From Octopus bimaculoides (lineage: Eukaryota): DNA of 64,000 nucleotides. Within the stretch, counting starts at the first letter, position 1, and every line of letters begins with the position of its first letter. The stretch is taken from positions 30,252,889 to 30,316,888 of the forward strand of contig NC_069001.1 of assembly GCF_001194135.2 (NCBI RefSeq), written 5' to 3'. The notes under the pieces are model-generated. The model was not told where the DNA came from, made no database searches, and was given only the letters and a program-made list of their open reading frames with translations. Shown here piece by piece: positions 11,936 through 25,506 of the stretch. A program made the translations under genes and the position numbers.

Positions 11936-12219
11936 ATTCTAATGAGTAAATAAAGTGCTAAGAGGCTTAGAGCGAAAATATTTGAAACAAATATACCTAT
12001 AAATTGCAATATGAAGAAGAAAAGAAAAACACTGAATGAAAATATGCAATATTTCTAAAATGCCTCATAGTTTCTAAACACGAAAATAGAATTTTCTATG
12101 AAAAAGGGAAATATTCAATTGTTATATGTTGCTTTAGGCATTCCTTATGAATAAAAGGACAACAATGTGTGCATATATACGGTCGATACTGTAAAATAAC
12201 GGATGTTTATTCACATATG

Positions 12220-12272
<53 letters not shown>

Positions 12273-13223
12273 ATGTATACGCGCATACATTAGAGTAATG
12301 GAGGTTATACGAAGCGATTAAATATAATTACGTGCGTATTACGAAGCCACTATAATGCAAGTACAACATAAAATTGAGAAAACGAAACCGATAAATGTTC
12401 CAGAGGTTTTAATCTTGACGTTTTATTCCAATATTTCGACTACAAAATCCTTTATCGCAAGAAATTAAAAAAATAACTGAAGATTCAATTTTCCTAGGTA
12501 CGACACAGAATGTTAGAAATGATTACAGTGAGGATTTTGGGTAAGCCATGCAAGAATAGTTACTAATATATTCACCAATTCACGTATCTCGATGTTTGTT
12601 TCTTATAGATAAAAGTTTGGTATTTATTCAAAATATATACAAATTTCTTCATCATTGGATTTCCGATATGCAATTTTTGTTAGTTTTATAGGAAACATCC
12701 TCGTTATGGCAATTCTCCAGATGATTTCTCACAGACGAAATCGTTGTAAGAATATTTTCTTGAACGCATTATACTCTTTCAGAACGGTGCATCCAGTATA
12801 ATATTCAACGAATTTATGAGATATAATATGCTACCATAGGAAATCATGAATAAATATGTTCGAATTGCTAATAATACGTTTGTACCTATATTATTGCGGT
12901 CTTTGGGCTGATTCACTGGTGGAAATCTTTTATTAGAGAGATCTGAGTGTATACCAGATTTATTTCCATTCCTCCATTTTGGGAGGCTTCGTGACTGTCA
13001 CTAGTAATTCTATCATGAAAATGCAACAGGCTTAGATAGAAAGTGCTAACCATTATTTAGTAGCCTTTCTACAGCGGACAACTTCGCTCTTCAGATGCGA
13101 ACGTAGGTTCTTACACTGTTTAAAATAAACGTTCCTATCGAGCGTCCAAGGTAAGAAAATGAAGAGGCGCAAATTTACCACATGCCACATATCAGATGAG
13201 ACCGTCAATAATAATAGTATAGT

Positions 13224-13280
13224 AAAACGGTGGTGCCCCAGTATGGCCACAGCTTTGAGCTGAAACTGATAAAAGTATAA
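13224..13280 (+). mobile_element. Family B SINE 3' tail fragment
   Basis: CGGTGGTGCCCCAGTATGGCCACAGC...CTGAAAC matches the B tail GGCGGTGCTCCAGTATGGCCGCAGTC...CTGAAAC at 20570-20608. Confidence 0.65.
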
Positions 13281-13308
13281 AACAAAACAAAACAATATGT
13301 ATGATATG

Positions 13309-13344
<36 letters not shown>

Positions 13345-14210
13345 ATATCAGATATGTACATATATACACAAGGGCACTACATGACCACCCATATCGCTAA
13401 ACATAGGAGTCCAAAATATTTCTATGCCACCGAATAGTCACAAATATGTCGCTTGCTACTCGTGACGGTATTTTAATAATACCATCCCTATATATATATA
13501 TAGGTAACGTACACCTGAGGCTACCACATTTTAGGTGGAGGAAACTTATTGACTCAAACAATCCTGGACTGATCAATGGATACGGTATCCACTGTTTGAT
13601 TTAAACTTATAAGTAAGTGGAATCTAGATGCTCATGAAATTCTCATATATACATACATTCTTACAGACAAATTTGCTCTCGCACACTCTAATATATTTAT
13701 ATACTGTGAGAGAAACAATGAGGTGTTGTTATATTTACTTTCAAGATCTTACGTAAGTGTCATTAACACAAGATGATTTATAGTTGTGTAAAAAGTTATA
13801 TAGTCAAATTTTAATGACAAATCTCCGGAGAGGTGAATCTTATATACATGACATTATCAGATTGCAGTATAGTTAACCGAACTAATTATTTCTACAATCC
13901 AGTCATGTTGCCTAGAAAGGATACACGTCTCTGATGATTTGATAATATGACTTAAGTAATGTATATTATGTAAAAGTAATGTATATTATGTTAAGGAAAC
14001 GCCCGTACGATGTTGTTACTGAATATCTTATTCACTGGCTCTCAATCTTTGCTCTATTTCTTTTATGTAATTTGTAAAACGCAACAAGCCAAGATTCATA
14101 CTACATTATACAAACACCTTAACACGAACGTCAATTCGCATGGAGTTCTAAATCATTGTTGTTTGTCGCACAATTTAAAGTTTAAGATACGTGCACATGT
14201 ATATACACAC

Positions 14211-14270
<60 letters not shown>

Positions 14271-15771
14271 CTAAATACGTATATGCATGTATGTGTAAAT
14301 ACATATAAATATACACACATATATATGTGTATGTACACGTGTATATATGTACGCACACGTGTGTGTGTGAGGGAGAGAGAGAGAGAATGAGAAAGGAAGT
14401 TGATTGCACTGGAAATTTTGATTTGAAGAGTGTATAAACATGCAGATATAATTATCTGAAGTATTTCTTACGTGGTAAAGGATATTTCGGAAATGAAGAT
14501 ACCAATAAGAGAAACAGGGAACATATTGTATGAATATAAGGAAACTGCGTGACAGGAAAATGGGTTTGTTCTTGCATCTCACCATTTAATACCGATATAT
14601 AATATCATTAAGTGAACGCTTATTCAGCGATTTTCAATCACATTTGTGTAACATATATTCAGACACGCAATGAGAAACAACACATTTAGGCGAAATCTGA
14701 GTCACGCTATTCTAATACACAGGTGGAGTGTGTGGAGATGATGGTTGGTTTAGTATGATAATTAAATATTTAATGTGTAAGGTAACTACGTTCACAGAAT
14801 GACAGAAAAAGGAGAACGCTTCAGTCGTAGTGCAGATATCAATATTGATGATAGAGGTAAGAATAGACATGAGGATGAATAAAGGTTTTGGAAGATGGTG
14901 ACATAGAGAAGAGGAGAGAAAGAGGGAATAGGGGCCGAGGGAAAGGAATTGAAAAGTAAGTATATGTGAAGTTCGAAACGGGGATGATTTGAAAGTGTGA
15001 TACGTGTACATATTTCATCCTTGTCAAATCTTCCAACTTGGTTGAGACTGATATTCTGAGACGCATTTGACACAGGCGGGAATAAATTCACACACACAAG
15101 TACACAAACACAGAGAAACTCAAACGGATATATATATATATATATATATANNNNNNNNNNNNNNNNNNNNNATATATATACATATATATATATATATATG
15201 TAGGTATTTATAAATATGTGAATATCTATGTCGACATACTATTATATGCTTATACATATAAATATATCTAGATAGATAGATAGACAGACAGATAGACAGA
15301 TGTATATACATAGACAATTATACGTATATATTAACATATCATTTGTATATATACGCACACACATATAGACATACACATTCCTACACTCACATATATCGGT
15401 CGTCAAACAACTAAACCGCGAATGACATGTCGCAACGTTATGCCAGTTTGATGCAAAAAGAAATTTCGATGTGGACTTGTTTCAAACCGGATTCCATTAC
15501 AAGTGTTGTCTTTTTGTCTTTTCTCTTAATCTCCCACTGTCAAATTTCGTGGATAAACTCATAAATATTTAGATTTATGCGTAAAATACAAAATAATAAA
15601 TGATATTTCATGACAAACATTTCTACATCTACATGAATCTTGGAAATCACTGCTCCGTGACGGCTTCTCTGAATGTTTCAAGTTTTTGTTTGCGAATCGA
15701 AAACAATGAATTTTGTCATTAATTTTTCTCTTTCATACACTTTCTCTCTTTCTCTCGCTCTTCTTCTCTCA

Positions 15772-15847
<76 letters not shown>

Positions 15848-16169
15848 ATCCCTGTTACATTTCACTCTCACTATTTCTTCTTTCTGTTCTCATATATATA
15901 TATTTCTGTGTGTGTGTATGTGTGTGGCATATATTTGTATAATAAAGATAGTGTGAGTTGGAGAAACACATTTTGTGATGCATTAATAAATCCTATGAAT
16001 TTATATCCGTATGTTATTATTGTTATTGCTGTATTTATCCTAAGCTGAAGAGACATTCATGTGTTTACCCATACCTTTGGATTACCCCGGGAGATTGAAT
16101 CAAAATGTGGGAGTCGACAAGAAACATTGGAGCTTTTAACTGCGCAGTTCGCGTCTGATCTAAATGTAC

Positions 16170-16959
16170 CTTCTTCTTTGTTGTCCATTGACCTCCGATG
16201 AAGATGTAGTCTGTGGTCTCATCAGTCAGTGGCGGGAACGCAGGTGTGTCTCTGAAGTCGAAAGCCGAACGCACGCAGGTGCCCCTGATTAGGACTGAAG
16301 GCGGTGAGCTGGCAGAGACGTTAGCATGCCGGGCGAAATACTTTGGGGCATTTCGTCTGCCGTTACTTTCTGAGTTCAAATTCCGCCGAGATCGACTTTG
16401 CCTTTCATCCTTTCGGGATCGATAGATTAAGTACTAGTTACACACTGGGGTCGATGTAATCGGCCTAATCCCTCTGTCTGTCCTTGTTTGTCCCCTCTAT
16501 GTTTAGCCCCTTGTGGGCAATAACGAAATAAGACTGAAAATGATGCGGCCCAGTCAGTCCCGTCTCTTACAGCTGCGAGGCGTTGGCGTCAGATGCAGCG
16601 ACCACCGTGTAGGTGACTGACCTCCAGGTAGCCATCTTTCTCGTAGTGGTCTCGAGTTTGCGAGGCTGGATGCCACACTTCATTGTCCTTTTTTAGGGTG
16701 TCTTTATACCATAACTTGCGTCATCCTCGTTATCTTGAGCCTTCCTTCACCTCATCGTACATCAGCTGTCTTGGGATGAGATGGTCATTCATTCTGATGA
16801 CGTGGCGGTTCCAACGTAACTGAACTTTGAGCAGAGGTGCCTCAACGTTCGTGGACTCTGCTCTGACCAGGACTTCTTGATTGTAGACTCCGTTCTCCCA
16901 ACGAATGACGATGATTGTGCGCAGTGATCTCGTATGGAACTGTCCCAGCTGCTTGATGG
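16170..16959 (-). mobile_element. 5'-truncated RTE (Bov-B-like) LINE 3' end, interrupted by a family A SINE
   Basis: Minus strand: IKQLGQFHTRSLRTIIVIRWENGVYNQEVLVRAESTNVEAPLLKVQLRWNRHVIRMNDHLIPRQLMYDEVKEGSR*RG*RKLWYKDTLK../KCGIQPRKLE, the RTE post-RT C-terminal motifs. Ends CATCTTCATCGGAGGTCAATGGACAACAAAGAAGAAG. Confidence 0.9.
16300..16531 (+). mobile_element. Family A1 SINE nested in the RTE with a 7-bp target-site duplication
   Basis: Full A1 sequence flanked by GACTGAA at 16293-16299 and 16532-16538. The RTE reads through when the SINE and one TSD copy are removed. Confidence 0.92.
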
Positions 16960-17215
16960 CAGAACAGCCTGTTCGTTAACGTTACGTGCAAGTGGCTCAG
17001 TACTACCTAGTCAAACCTACCTTTAACGTAGTTCGCAGCGATATGCAACGTGACAAAAATGTTCCAAGGCAGGCTCTTTTCAACTGCAGGTATGACTCAT
17101 TTTTGCCCGGCTAGGGGACTAGATCAACGTAAAATAGATTGTCTTGATCAACGACACAAGGCGCCACAGGGATCGAACTCCCGAACTTACGATCATGAGG
17201 CTGCGAGTGCTAATA
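16960..17215 (-). mobile_element. tRNA-derived SINE related to families C/D, 3'-truncated and abutting the RTE
   Basis: Minus strand TTAGCACTCGCAGCCTCATGATCGTAAGTTCGGGAGTTCGATCCC (B-box), then GAACTACGTTAAAGGTA and GAGCCACTTGCACGT...AACAGGCTGTTC shared with the 9038 copy. Confidence 0.75.
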
Positions 17216-17881
17216 TGAATGACGTGAGTCATTTTTGTGAGTTTGTTCTGTGTAATTCGAACTAGTTGAACCGAATCCTGAGTTCCGATAAAATTTACGC
17301 AAATTAAAAGATTTTTTATAGAAATAATAAGTGGATGTGGTACTTGAATACATCAATAGAATTTGTAAAACTATCGCGGACAGGTTACGGAATTTTATGA
17401 ACGACCTAAGTAATCAATGGTAATTCTTTTTCATGTTATGCAGTGTTGCATCCACCCCGTTTAAGACATTAGTTGAAATGTCNNNNNNNNNNNNNNNNNN
17501 NNNNNNNNNNNNNNNNNNNNNNNNNNNNNNNNNNNNNNNNNNNNNNNNNNNNNNNNNNNNNNNNNNNNNNNNNNNNNNNNNNNNNNNNNNNNNNNNNNNN
17601 NNNNNNNNNNNNNNNNNNNNNNNNNNNNNNNNNNNNNNNNNNNNNNNNNNNNNNNNNNNNNNNNNNNNNNNNNNNNNNNNNNNNNNNNNNNNNNNNNNNN
17701 NNNNNNNNNNNNNNNNNNNNNNNNNNNNNNNNNNNNNNNNNNNNNNNNNNNNNNNNNNNNNNNNNNNNNNNNNNNNNNNNNNNNNNNNNNNNNNNNNNNN
17801 NNNNNNNNNNNNNNNNNNNNNNNNNNNNNNNNNNNNNNNNNNNNNNNNNNNNNNNNNNNNNNNNNNNNNNNNNNNNATATA

Positions 17882-17917
<36 letters not shown>

Positions 17918-19208
17918 AGAAATTATTATCGAATGATTTTATTAGTGCAGAAACTTGTGTTATAATATTAAGCAGTTTTTTTTATTATTGGAATATACAT
18001 ACTAGATATATAGGGTATCCTCTAGTATCAAACAGCAGCTAATTGTAGTAATAAATAGCATGCCACGTAATATGTAATTCTTAGTGCGTTTGAGATGAAT
18101 AAAAATATGTAGGTTCAGTACAGTAAATAAGAGGATCGAGTGAGAATAACGTGATGTTTCTTAAGGGACTTTTCTCGTGACTCTAACGCTATTGATATGA
18201 TCTTGCGAAGCTGCACTTCCCTAACTTATCAGCCTTTCTTCTGAATAAATACTGTTGGCGTGGAGCTTTTATGGCTGGATCGTTAAAGTGGATAGATTGT
18301 CATCTAATGATTTTGTAGATATTTCAAAAACATTTCACACCATGGAAATGTCCGATCAACCAAGAGCATTAATGAATTGTGTCTTCAAAGTAAAGCCATT
18401 TCCATTTGATAACACACTCGATGTTATTCTTCCTTTGATATCTATGTTGAATATATCTATGTTGAGACATAACTATGATGATCATTCCTAATGGATTAAC
18501 TGAATAGTTAAGTCATTAGACGTTCTTATATAACACAGCTAAACGCATCGTTTGAAGTATGATAGTTACCTAATGAATAGATGTGATCCTCGAAATAAAT
18601 TTGCACAACTAAACAGAATTTCTCTGGAGGGGAAATGAAACAAATTTCGCGCCTGAAAGTGCTGCTGGTGCTTTTAGATACAAATCCTACGACAGGTGCA
18701 TTATTATGGGGTTAACATCCTCCAAAATGCATAGAACTTCAGTGACCAGCATTATAAGTTCTGTCGACTATATCGTCCAGTACTCGTTCATATTTGTACT
18801 ATAAAGATTTGATAAAGAGCCATCTTCCAATGTAGAATCCGTTTCGATTAGGGAACGTAGTTTAAATGGGAAACAAACTGTTCAGCACAATTTTACTGAA
18901 ATATAACACAATGAAGAGGGTGTTTGAGCAATTTAAAAGATTTTGTGTACACAAATAGAGGAAAACGCATATATGTCAGAGTTACCCGTGAAATCATTTA
19001 TAAATGTTACAGCCAATGGACACAAGAAGAGATAAACTCATACATATATCTGAATAAATATATACATACTGTCAGCGACATTCTTGTATAGAAATAATAA
19101 TTGTACTCTTCAAATTTATGAATAAACCACCAGATTAAAATAAAATTATTCTTAAAATAACTGAATATAAAACAAGTATTAGCACATCTATCTATATATA
19201 TATATATA

Positions 19209-19355
19209 TTATAAGATCTGGTAATTAGTCATATTAATATATTAATTAATATCGATTAATTATCAGGGGGCCAGCACGTTTAAAGAATCAAAGAGATTCA
19301 GAAATATTATCTGCAATCTCAGGGGATTAAGGTACATTTTAAAAATAACGTCGAC
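19209..19355 (+). repeat. Unclassified ~145-bp dispersed repeat, copy 1 (copy 2 at 22507-22649)
   Basis: Shared core CAGAAATATTATCTGCAATCTCAGGGGATTAAGGTACATTTTAAAAA is identical in both copies. Confidence 0.85.
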
Positions 19356-19357
19356 GT

Positions 19358-19388
<31 letters not shown>

Positions 19389-20257
19389 GTACGTACACAC
19401 ATGTATACAAACATGGGGAAATACTTGTGTATGTGCTTAAATGTATATATGTTGTATATGAGTGCATATTATATATTTATACATATATATATATATACAC
19501 ACATACGTATATAAATAAATAGATATATCCATGTATAAATAAAACATATATATATATATANNNNNNNNNNNNNNNNNNNNNNNNNNNNNNNNNNNNNNNN
19601 NNNNNNNNNNNNNNNNNNNNNNNNNNNNNNNNNNNNNNNNNNNNNNNNNNNNNNNNNNNNTACAAATAAATATATATATATATATATATACAAATAAATA
19701 TATATATATAAATACCTATAAGTATAGGTGTATATGTCTAAGAGTATGTATGTATGGATTTATGTGTATCTGATGACGTGACCAAGTGTCTTTCGCGAAA
19801 TATTCTGCATATATAGTCAGTGCACACTCAAAAAGCAATCGACATAAATACAGGAATGTTTTGAGTGCCTTCTCATAACGATAAAAACGTGAAATTCATT
19901 CTCATTTTCAAACTAGGAAATTTAAATCCATTGTGTACACAAAAACACACAGTCTCCGTTCCTTTCTGTGCTTTTCTCTCTCTTTCTCTCCTTTCTCCCT
20001 CTTTCCCTCTGTATCAGTTTTTCGCTACATATGGAAAGAGTATTGAATCAGAAACAGTAAAGGAACAACCTGGTTATACACGCGCATAAACACACACACA
20101 CACACACAGAAAGATAGCCAGGTAATTAGACAGACAGACAGACATACATAAATGGGAGAGAAAGAAATACAAACAAATCTATTTTTATTTATATGTGTAT
20201 ATGCGGATGTCTGTTGAAGGAGACAGGGAGAGAGAGAAAAAAATTATATATACATGT

Positions 20258-20621
20258 AGGAGGTGGCTGTGTGGTAAGTAGCTTGCTTACCAACCACATG
20301 GTTCCGGGTTCAATCCCACTGCGTGGCATCTTGGGCCGACCAAAGTCTTGTGAGTGGATTTGGTAGACGGAAACTGAAAGAAGCCCGTCGTATATATGTA
20401 TATATATATGTGTGTGTTTGTGTGTCTGTGCTTGTCCCCCCTAGCATTGCTTGACAAACGATGCTGGTGTGTTTATGTCCCCGTAACTTAGCGGTTCGGC
20501 AAAACAGACCGATAGAATAAGTACTAGGCTTACAAAGAATAAGTCCCGGGGTCGATTTGCTCCACTAAAGGCGGTGCTCCAGTATGGCCGCAGTCAAATG
20601 ACTGAAACAAGTTAAAGAGTA
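20258..20621 (+). mobile_element. Family B tRNA/CORE-like SINE, near full length
   Basis: Head GGTGGCTGTGTGGTAAGTAGCTTGCTTACCAACCACATGGTTCCGGGTTCAATCCC, internal (TA)(TG) tract, tail AAAGGCGGTGCTCCAGTATGGCCGCAGTCAAATGACTGAAACAAG. Carries a deletion between two GGGC motifs relative to the 42998 copy. Confidence 0.9.
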
Positions 20622-21894
20622 TGTATACACACGCATTCTCTCTGAATCTACATTTCCGTCTATCTTCATATATTACAAGGTTGTGGTTTCGAACGCAGAG
20701 CACGGCTTCTTGGGCAAGTCAATACAAAACCGCTGATTCAAAATGAATTGAACTAAATGTTAAAAAAAAACCCCATCAGTAATTGCAATATTAAGGTTTC
20801 TTAATTTAAACCGCACCCCATTCTTGTTCACAACTGCATAAATGATTCAGATATCTGCGGAATACTCAGCCAGGTTCACACTTATTCAGCAAATACCTGT
20901 TTTCATTCACCGAACAATATATATATTCCGTTTATTTGAACTATGCCTATTGTAGTTTGCCTAAGACAATATATGTCACTGTTTTAAGTAATTTTTCATT
21001 GTTATTACAAAACCGCAAGATATTTACGGAATAAATTGTCACCAATGGTTGCGCAATGTTGTACCAATTTGATTTTAATTCCAACGAGTAAGGAATCAAA
21101 TGTCGAATTGCAGTCGTATAATTTTCGCTGCATTTTGACCAGAATGGAATTGAAAATATAAGCCATCTGCTAATTTTATCTAACCTAGCTTTCGAAATCG
21201 ATTGGATGTCCAAACATGTTTTTGCGGATAACAAGATCATTTCAGATGTAATTATTTTTCAACATCTATTTATTTGTCGGTATCATTTTTGTTTATTTCT
21301 TTTGTTTTCTCATGTCGGTCATGATTAAAGGCTATGTTGGGGCGAAGCCAAACAATTTGGTGCTGTCTTATCTTGTTTGCAGCTTGGACAAGTTCGTTGG
21401 TTGTATAGATATTTTGGCAAATTTCCGATCTAAATTATATCTCTAAATATACCCATTGAGAAACCGACACCTCTTGTGTTTCCTGGTTTTGTTTAGCAAA
21501 CGACTGTGCTTTCCAAGAGATTTAATTATTACCCTATGTCCATGAAACGGCTCTATTTTAACGTCTCATGCCGTTCTTTCAATCGAAATAACACTTCAAC
21601 ATATTTCTATTAGACCATATCCAATTTACGAAGAAAAAGAAACTATTTCCCTCGTTTCAGTTAATATTTATTTTATTGGAAGACCGCAGCAATGCACTGA
21701 GAAGTAAATATGGCAGCGTACTGGAACAAAAAAAACAAAGCGCTTTAGAACATTTATTTCCTCCGCTTACATAGTGAGTATATATCCTGCACGTGTTGAT
21801 TTGTTTATTAATTTTCACTGTCGGTAATGCATATTGTAGGCTTGGTATCAAGTCGAACTTGTTACGTATCTTTATCTCTTCCGTGTTGCAGTGA

Positions 21895-22055
21895 TAGTAG
21901 ACTACGGCCTTGCTGGAGCAACACTTTGAAGTAGCTTTAGTCAAATGAATCCACTCCAGTAGTTATATTTTGTTAAGTCTTTTATTATATCGATTCAATT
22001 TGCCAAAACGCTAGTTCACGGGAATATAAACTCACCCACACCGGCTGTAAAGCTA
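21895..22055 (-). mobile_element. Degenerate family B SINE 3' half
   Basis: GCTGGAGCA...TTTGCCAAAACGCTAGTTCACGGGAATATAAAC..CACCGGCTGT resembles the reverse complement of the B 3' region. Confidence 0.6.
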
Positions 22056-22506
22056 TATACGAATCAATATACGAATCAATAACGCTTGTCAATTGTGGAA
22101 CACGGCCGTAACTACATAAACCCGATGATTGCATAATGCTTTATTTCAACTGGAAATAGTAACACGTAGGCACAATGAGAAACGAGAACATAAAAAAAAA
22201 AATAGAAAATGAATTTTTTTTCGAACAACGAAAAAGACGAATAGAGACCCGAGACATGCAACATAAACAACACTCGCTTCATTAGTTGTTCCCTGTTTCA
22301 TCTACTCAGCGTTTCGAAAGTAAGGACAATACGCGACTTCGTTGAAACAGTCCTTCCTGCAAAGCAAATTAAATAAAATTTGGGATTTTTTGCGGAGGGT
22401 GAAAGTGATAACAAAAGCAGGACAGTGGTAAAAAGACAGTAAAAACAAACGATGAGGGTTGTTAAGCCAAGACGATGTGAATATATATATATATATATAT
22501 ATATTA

Positions 22507-22649
22507 TTATAAAATCTTGTAATTAATCACATATTAATTAATATTGATTAATTATCAGGAGGCCAGCACATCTAAAGAATCAAAGAGAATCAGAAATATT
22601 ATCTGCAATCTCAGGGGATTAAGGTACATTTTAAAAAAATAACGTTGAC
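22507..22649 (+). repeat. Unclassified ~145-bp dispersed repeat, copy 2
   Basis: Aligns with 19209-19355. Both copies follow (TA)n. Confidence 0.85.
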
Positions 22650-22788
22650 CACTAACGTGGANNNNNNNNNNNNNNNNNNNNNNNNNNNNNNNNNNNNNNN
22701 NNNNNNNNNNNNNNNNNNNNNNNNNNNNNNNNNNNNNNNNNNNNNNNNNNNNNNNNNNNNNNNNNNNNNNNATATATATATATATGTT

Positions 22789-22821
<33 letters not shown>

Positions 22822-22825
22822 ATAT

Positions 22826-22985
22826 ATACTACGGTATTCATTCTGTCGCCGTCTACCAGGTACCAATCCACTCAAAAGGCTTTGGTTGACTCGTGGCTAT
22901 GGTAAAAGAAATTTAATCAAGGTGCCACTGAGACTGAACCTACTACGACGTGGTTGGGGTGCTAGCTTCTTACCGCCCTTTCCCG
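22826..22985 (-). mobile_element. Degenerate family B SINE 5' half
   Basis: CCGTCTACC...AATCCACTCAAAAGGCTTTGGTTGAC...GCTAGCTTCTTACC resembles the reverse complement of the B head and core. Confidence 0.65.
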
Positions 22986-23410
22986 CATTTACCTACATAA
23001 GTATGAGAAACTAAACTATGTAAAGCATGGTGTATCATTTATCAGAGTGGTGTTCTCGCTATAAAGCCAAATAAAATATCACGCTTTTAATCACGAGAAA
23101 TATCAGCTTTTCTGTAAGATTAAACGTGACAGAGATAGATACTATTTGTATTTTCTGACGTGCGTTTTTTATCACATATAGTGGGTACTGATCTCGTTTT
23201 CTTTTAGCTGAACCTACGACATGACACATTTGAGCCGATTTCTTAACAGAACTGTTCCTATTCTGAACATCCGTTATTTATTTGTTCTCGTAAACCAAGG
23301 AGCAATTCAGTGAAGTGGTAGACTTATTTGCACGTCAGACAAACTGATTAACAGCATTCCTTCCGGCTCCTTACCTTCTTAGATAAAATCTTGTCGTAGT
23401 GTAATTTACA

Positions 23411-23500
23411 ATTCATCCTTTCGGGGTCGATAAAATAAAGTACTAGTAAAGCACTATGGTCGATGTAAACGACTTACCCCAACTCACCTCAAAATAACTT
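23411..23500 (+). mobile_element. Family A SINE central fragment
   Basis: TTCATCCTTTCGGGGTCGATAAAATAAGTACTAG...GGTCGATGTAAACGACTT. Confidence 0.75.
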
Positions 23501-24931
23501 GTTTTGAATCCGGCAGTGATCCGCCATGCCGTTCAGGGAGAATGCCGTGCTTTCGGTCATATATGCCAATAAAATCGGTTATCCGGCCTTCTGAATTCTT
23601 GGGCTCCAGAAATGAAAACACTAAAACACATCTTGACTTCACGCCTTTTTAAGCTTCGAGGACACCTTCTTGCTACGATAATAGATTGCTTTTTGTACAG
23701 AACGCCTATTATAAGATTCATGTTTTTATCAGCCAATGTGACTCTCGTGAATATTGACACCGATTACAACAAACTGAGGAAGTGTGAATATTAAAAAGAC
23801 AGACACGTTTATCGACGTCAGCACCGAAAGTACAAAATAATTTGCTAGCGTTGCACGCAAAAATGATGTTTTACCTACATTTATTAACATCAAAAACCAT
23901 ATAACGTCGGAGAGACAGTCTCTTAGTCCAAAAAGCTTCATTTAGTAAACGGCAAGAGGAGTATGATCTATTTCTGTTTTTCAAAAAGAAAAAAAAAGAT
24001 ACAAATGCTGGGAGTATTAATATATGGAAAGCTTTAACGATGGTTTAACTTAATTGCAAGTAGTTTAACTGGATTTTTTTTCTTTTTTATATGTATCTTG
24101 TGGAAGGATTCCGACCACTCCGAAGTGATTAAAAGTGGACAGACTCATGGTTATAAATTAAAGAACTGTGAGCGATTGGCAGTTCGTGTTACTAGTATTT
24201 CTTCGCGTTAATCATTGTTTGATCCCTGTTAGACGTAAGTCACATTGTTAATTAATTGTTGGAGGTCTGCCGTAGGGGTGAACCTAATTTGGAATTTTAA
24301 TAACAATAAAACTGATGCAAAAAGACAAAAACGTTAAAAAAAAAATAAAGACATTTAACTAAAACAGTCATTGTTTCCGAGTGGGGAGCATGCAGTCATT
24401 TCACCTCTATCGTTATAATCCATCCTTCATTCGTTCGTTCTGTGTTTTACATCCCCACTGGTGAGTCCTGTCGGTGCTTGTGCTGTCCCCTCTGTGTTAT
24501 GGCCGTAGTGCCAAAATAAAGAATCATCGTGCTGGTAGCAGTTCACTGTGAGCGTTTCATATAGAGCGTTGAGTCTCGTGTAATAGTAATAGTAGTGTGT
24601 TGTGTATATACTTTCTTCCCCTCTTTGCTTCGTTATATTATATATCCAATAAAATGATATAAAAATGTATATATTCATTTTCATTTTATTTATATATTTA
24701 ATTATTGTGTTCTTTATTTCACAATTTCATCGTATTTGGTAAATTTAAATCTTTTATTATAAAGATGTTGCCTCTTTTTGCTCTTAACCGTGTTTCACAC
24801 ACATATACTCACACACGCCCACGCGAGTTTATACTCGCACATACTATTTATTCGTATTTGAATATTATGTTATAATTTCACTTGGCACTTGTTGTTTGCC
24901 TCTTTGCAATTTTATTGTATCCACACACTTT

Positions 24932-25160
24932 AAGGTGGCGAGATGGCCGAATCGTTAGCACACAGGGCAAAATGCTTCAGGGTATTTTGTCAGCCGCTAC
25001 CTTCTGAGTTCAAATTCCGTCGAGGTTGGCTTTGCCATTTATACTTTCGAGGTCGATTAATTAATCACTAGTGAAACACTGGGGTCGATGCAATTGACCA
25101 CCCCCGCCCCCCAAATTTCAGACTCTATTCTTCTGTTCCTATAGTAAAAAGGATTATATT
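24932..25160 (+). mobile_element. Family A SINE (A2 tail), full length
   Basis: AAGGTGGCGAGATGGCCGAATCGTTAGC...GAGTTCAAATTCC...CCTATAGTAAAAAGGATTAT. Confidence 0.88.
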
Positions 25161-25506
25161 ACACACACACACACAAACACACTTTTTTGCGCGTGCGCCT
25201 CGTATCTAATTTCGGGACAAGTTTTGTAATGTGTGAGTCAATGTTTCAATTCGTATTACCTGTCGGGTTTTTTTTTTTCGTTTTTTTTTCTTCTGATTTA
25301 CAAATAATAAGCTTATAAAATGTGGAATTCGCGCGATCTCGTCATTATGATCTGTTTAAGTTTAACATAATAGGACTGGCAGAGGAGAAGATATATTCGA
25401 GAATATCATTTAATTTGGATGCATTATAAATCACTTCACCGACTGTAGTAGATCAATCCACTCTATCCACACTCCATTTTCTCCGCCATCTATTCTCAGG
25501 TGTCCC

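Noticed and set aside
20947-21240. Minus-strand ORF with FWSKCSENY..AIRHLIPYS resembling a hAT dimerisation domain
   Set aside because: Similarity is limited to a few residues, the TYLCE-type motif is absent and no TIRs were seen.
24250-24640. Possible solo LTR (TG start, AATAAA)
   Set aside because: No second copy, TSD, PBS or PPT could be identified.
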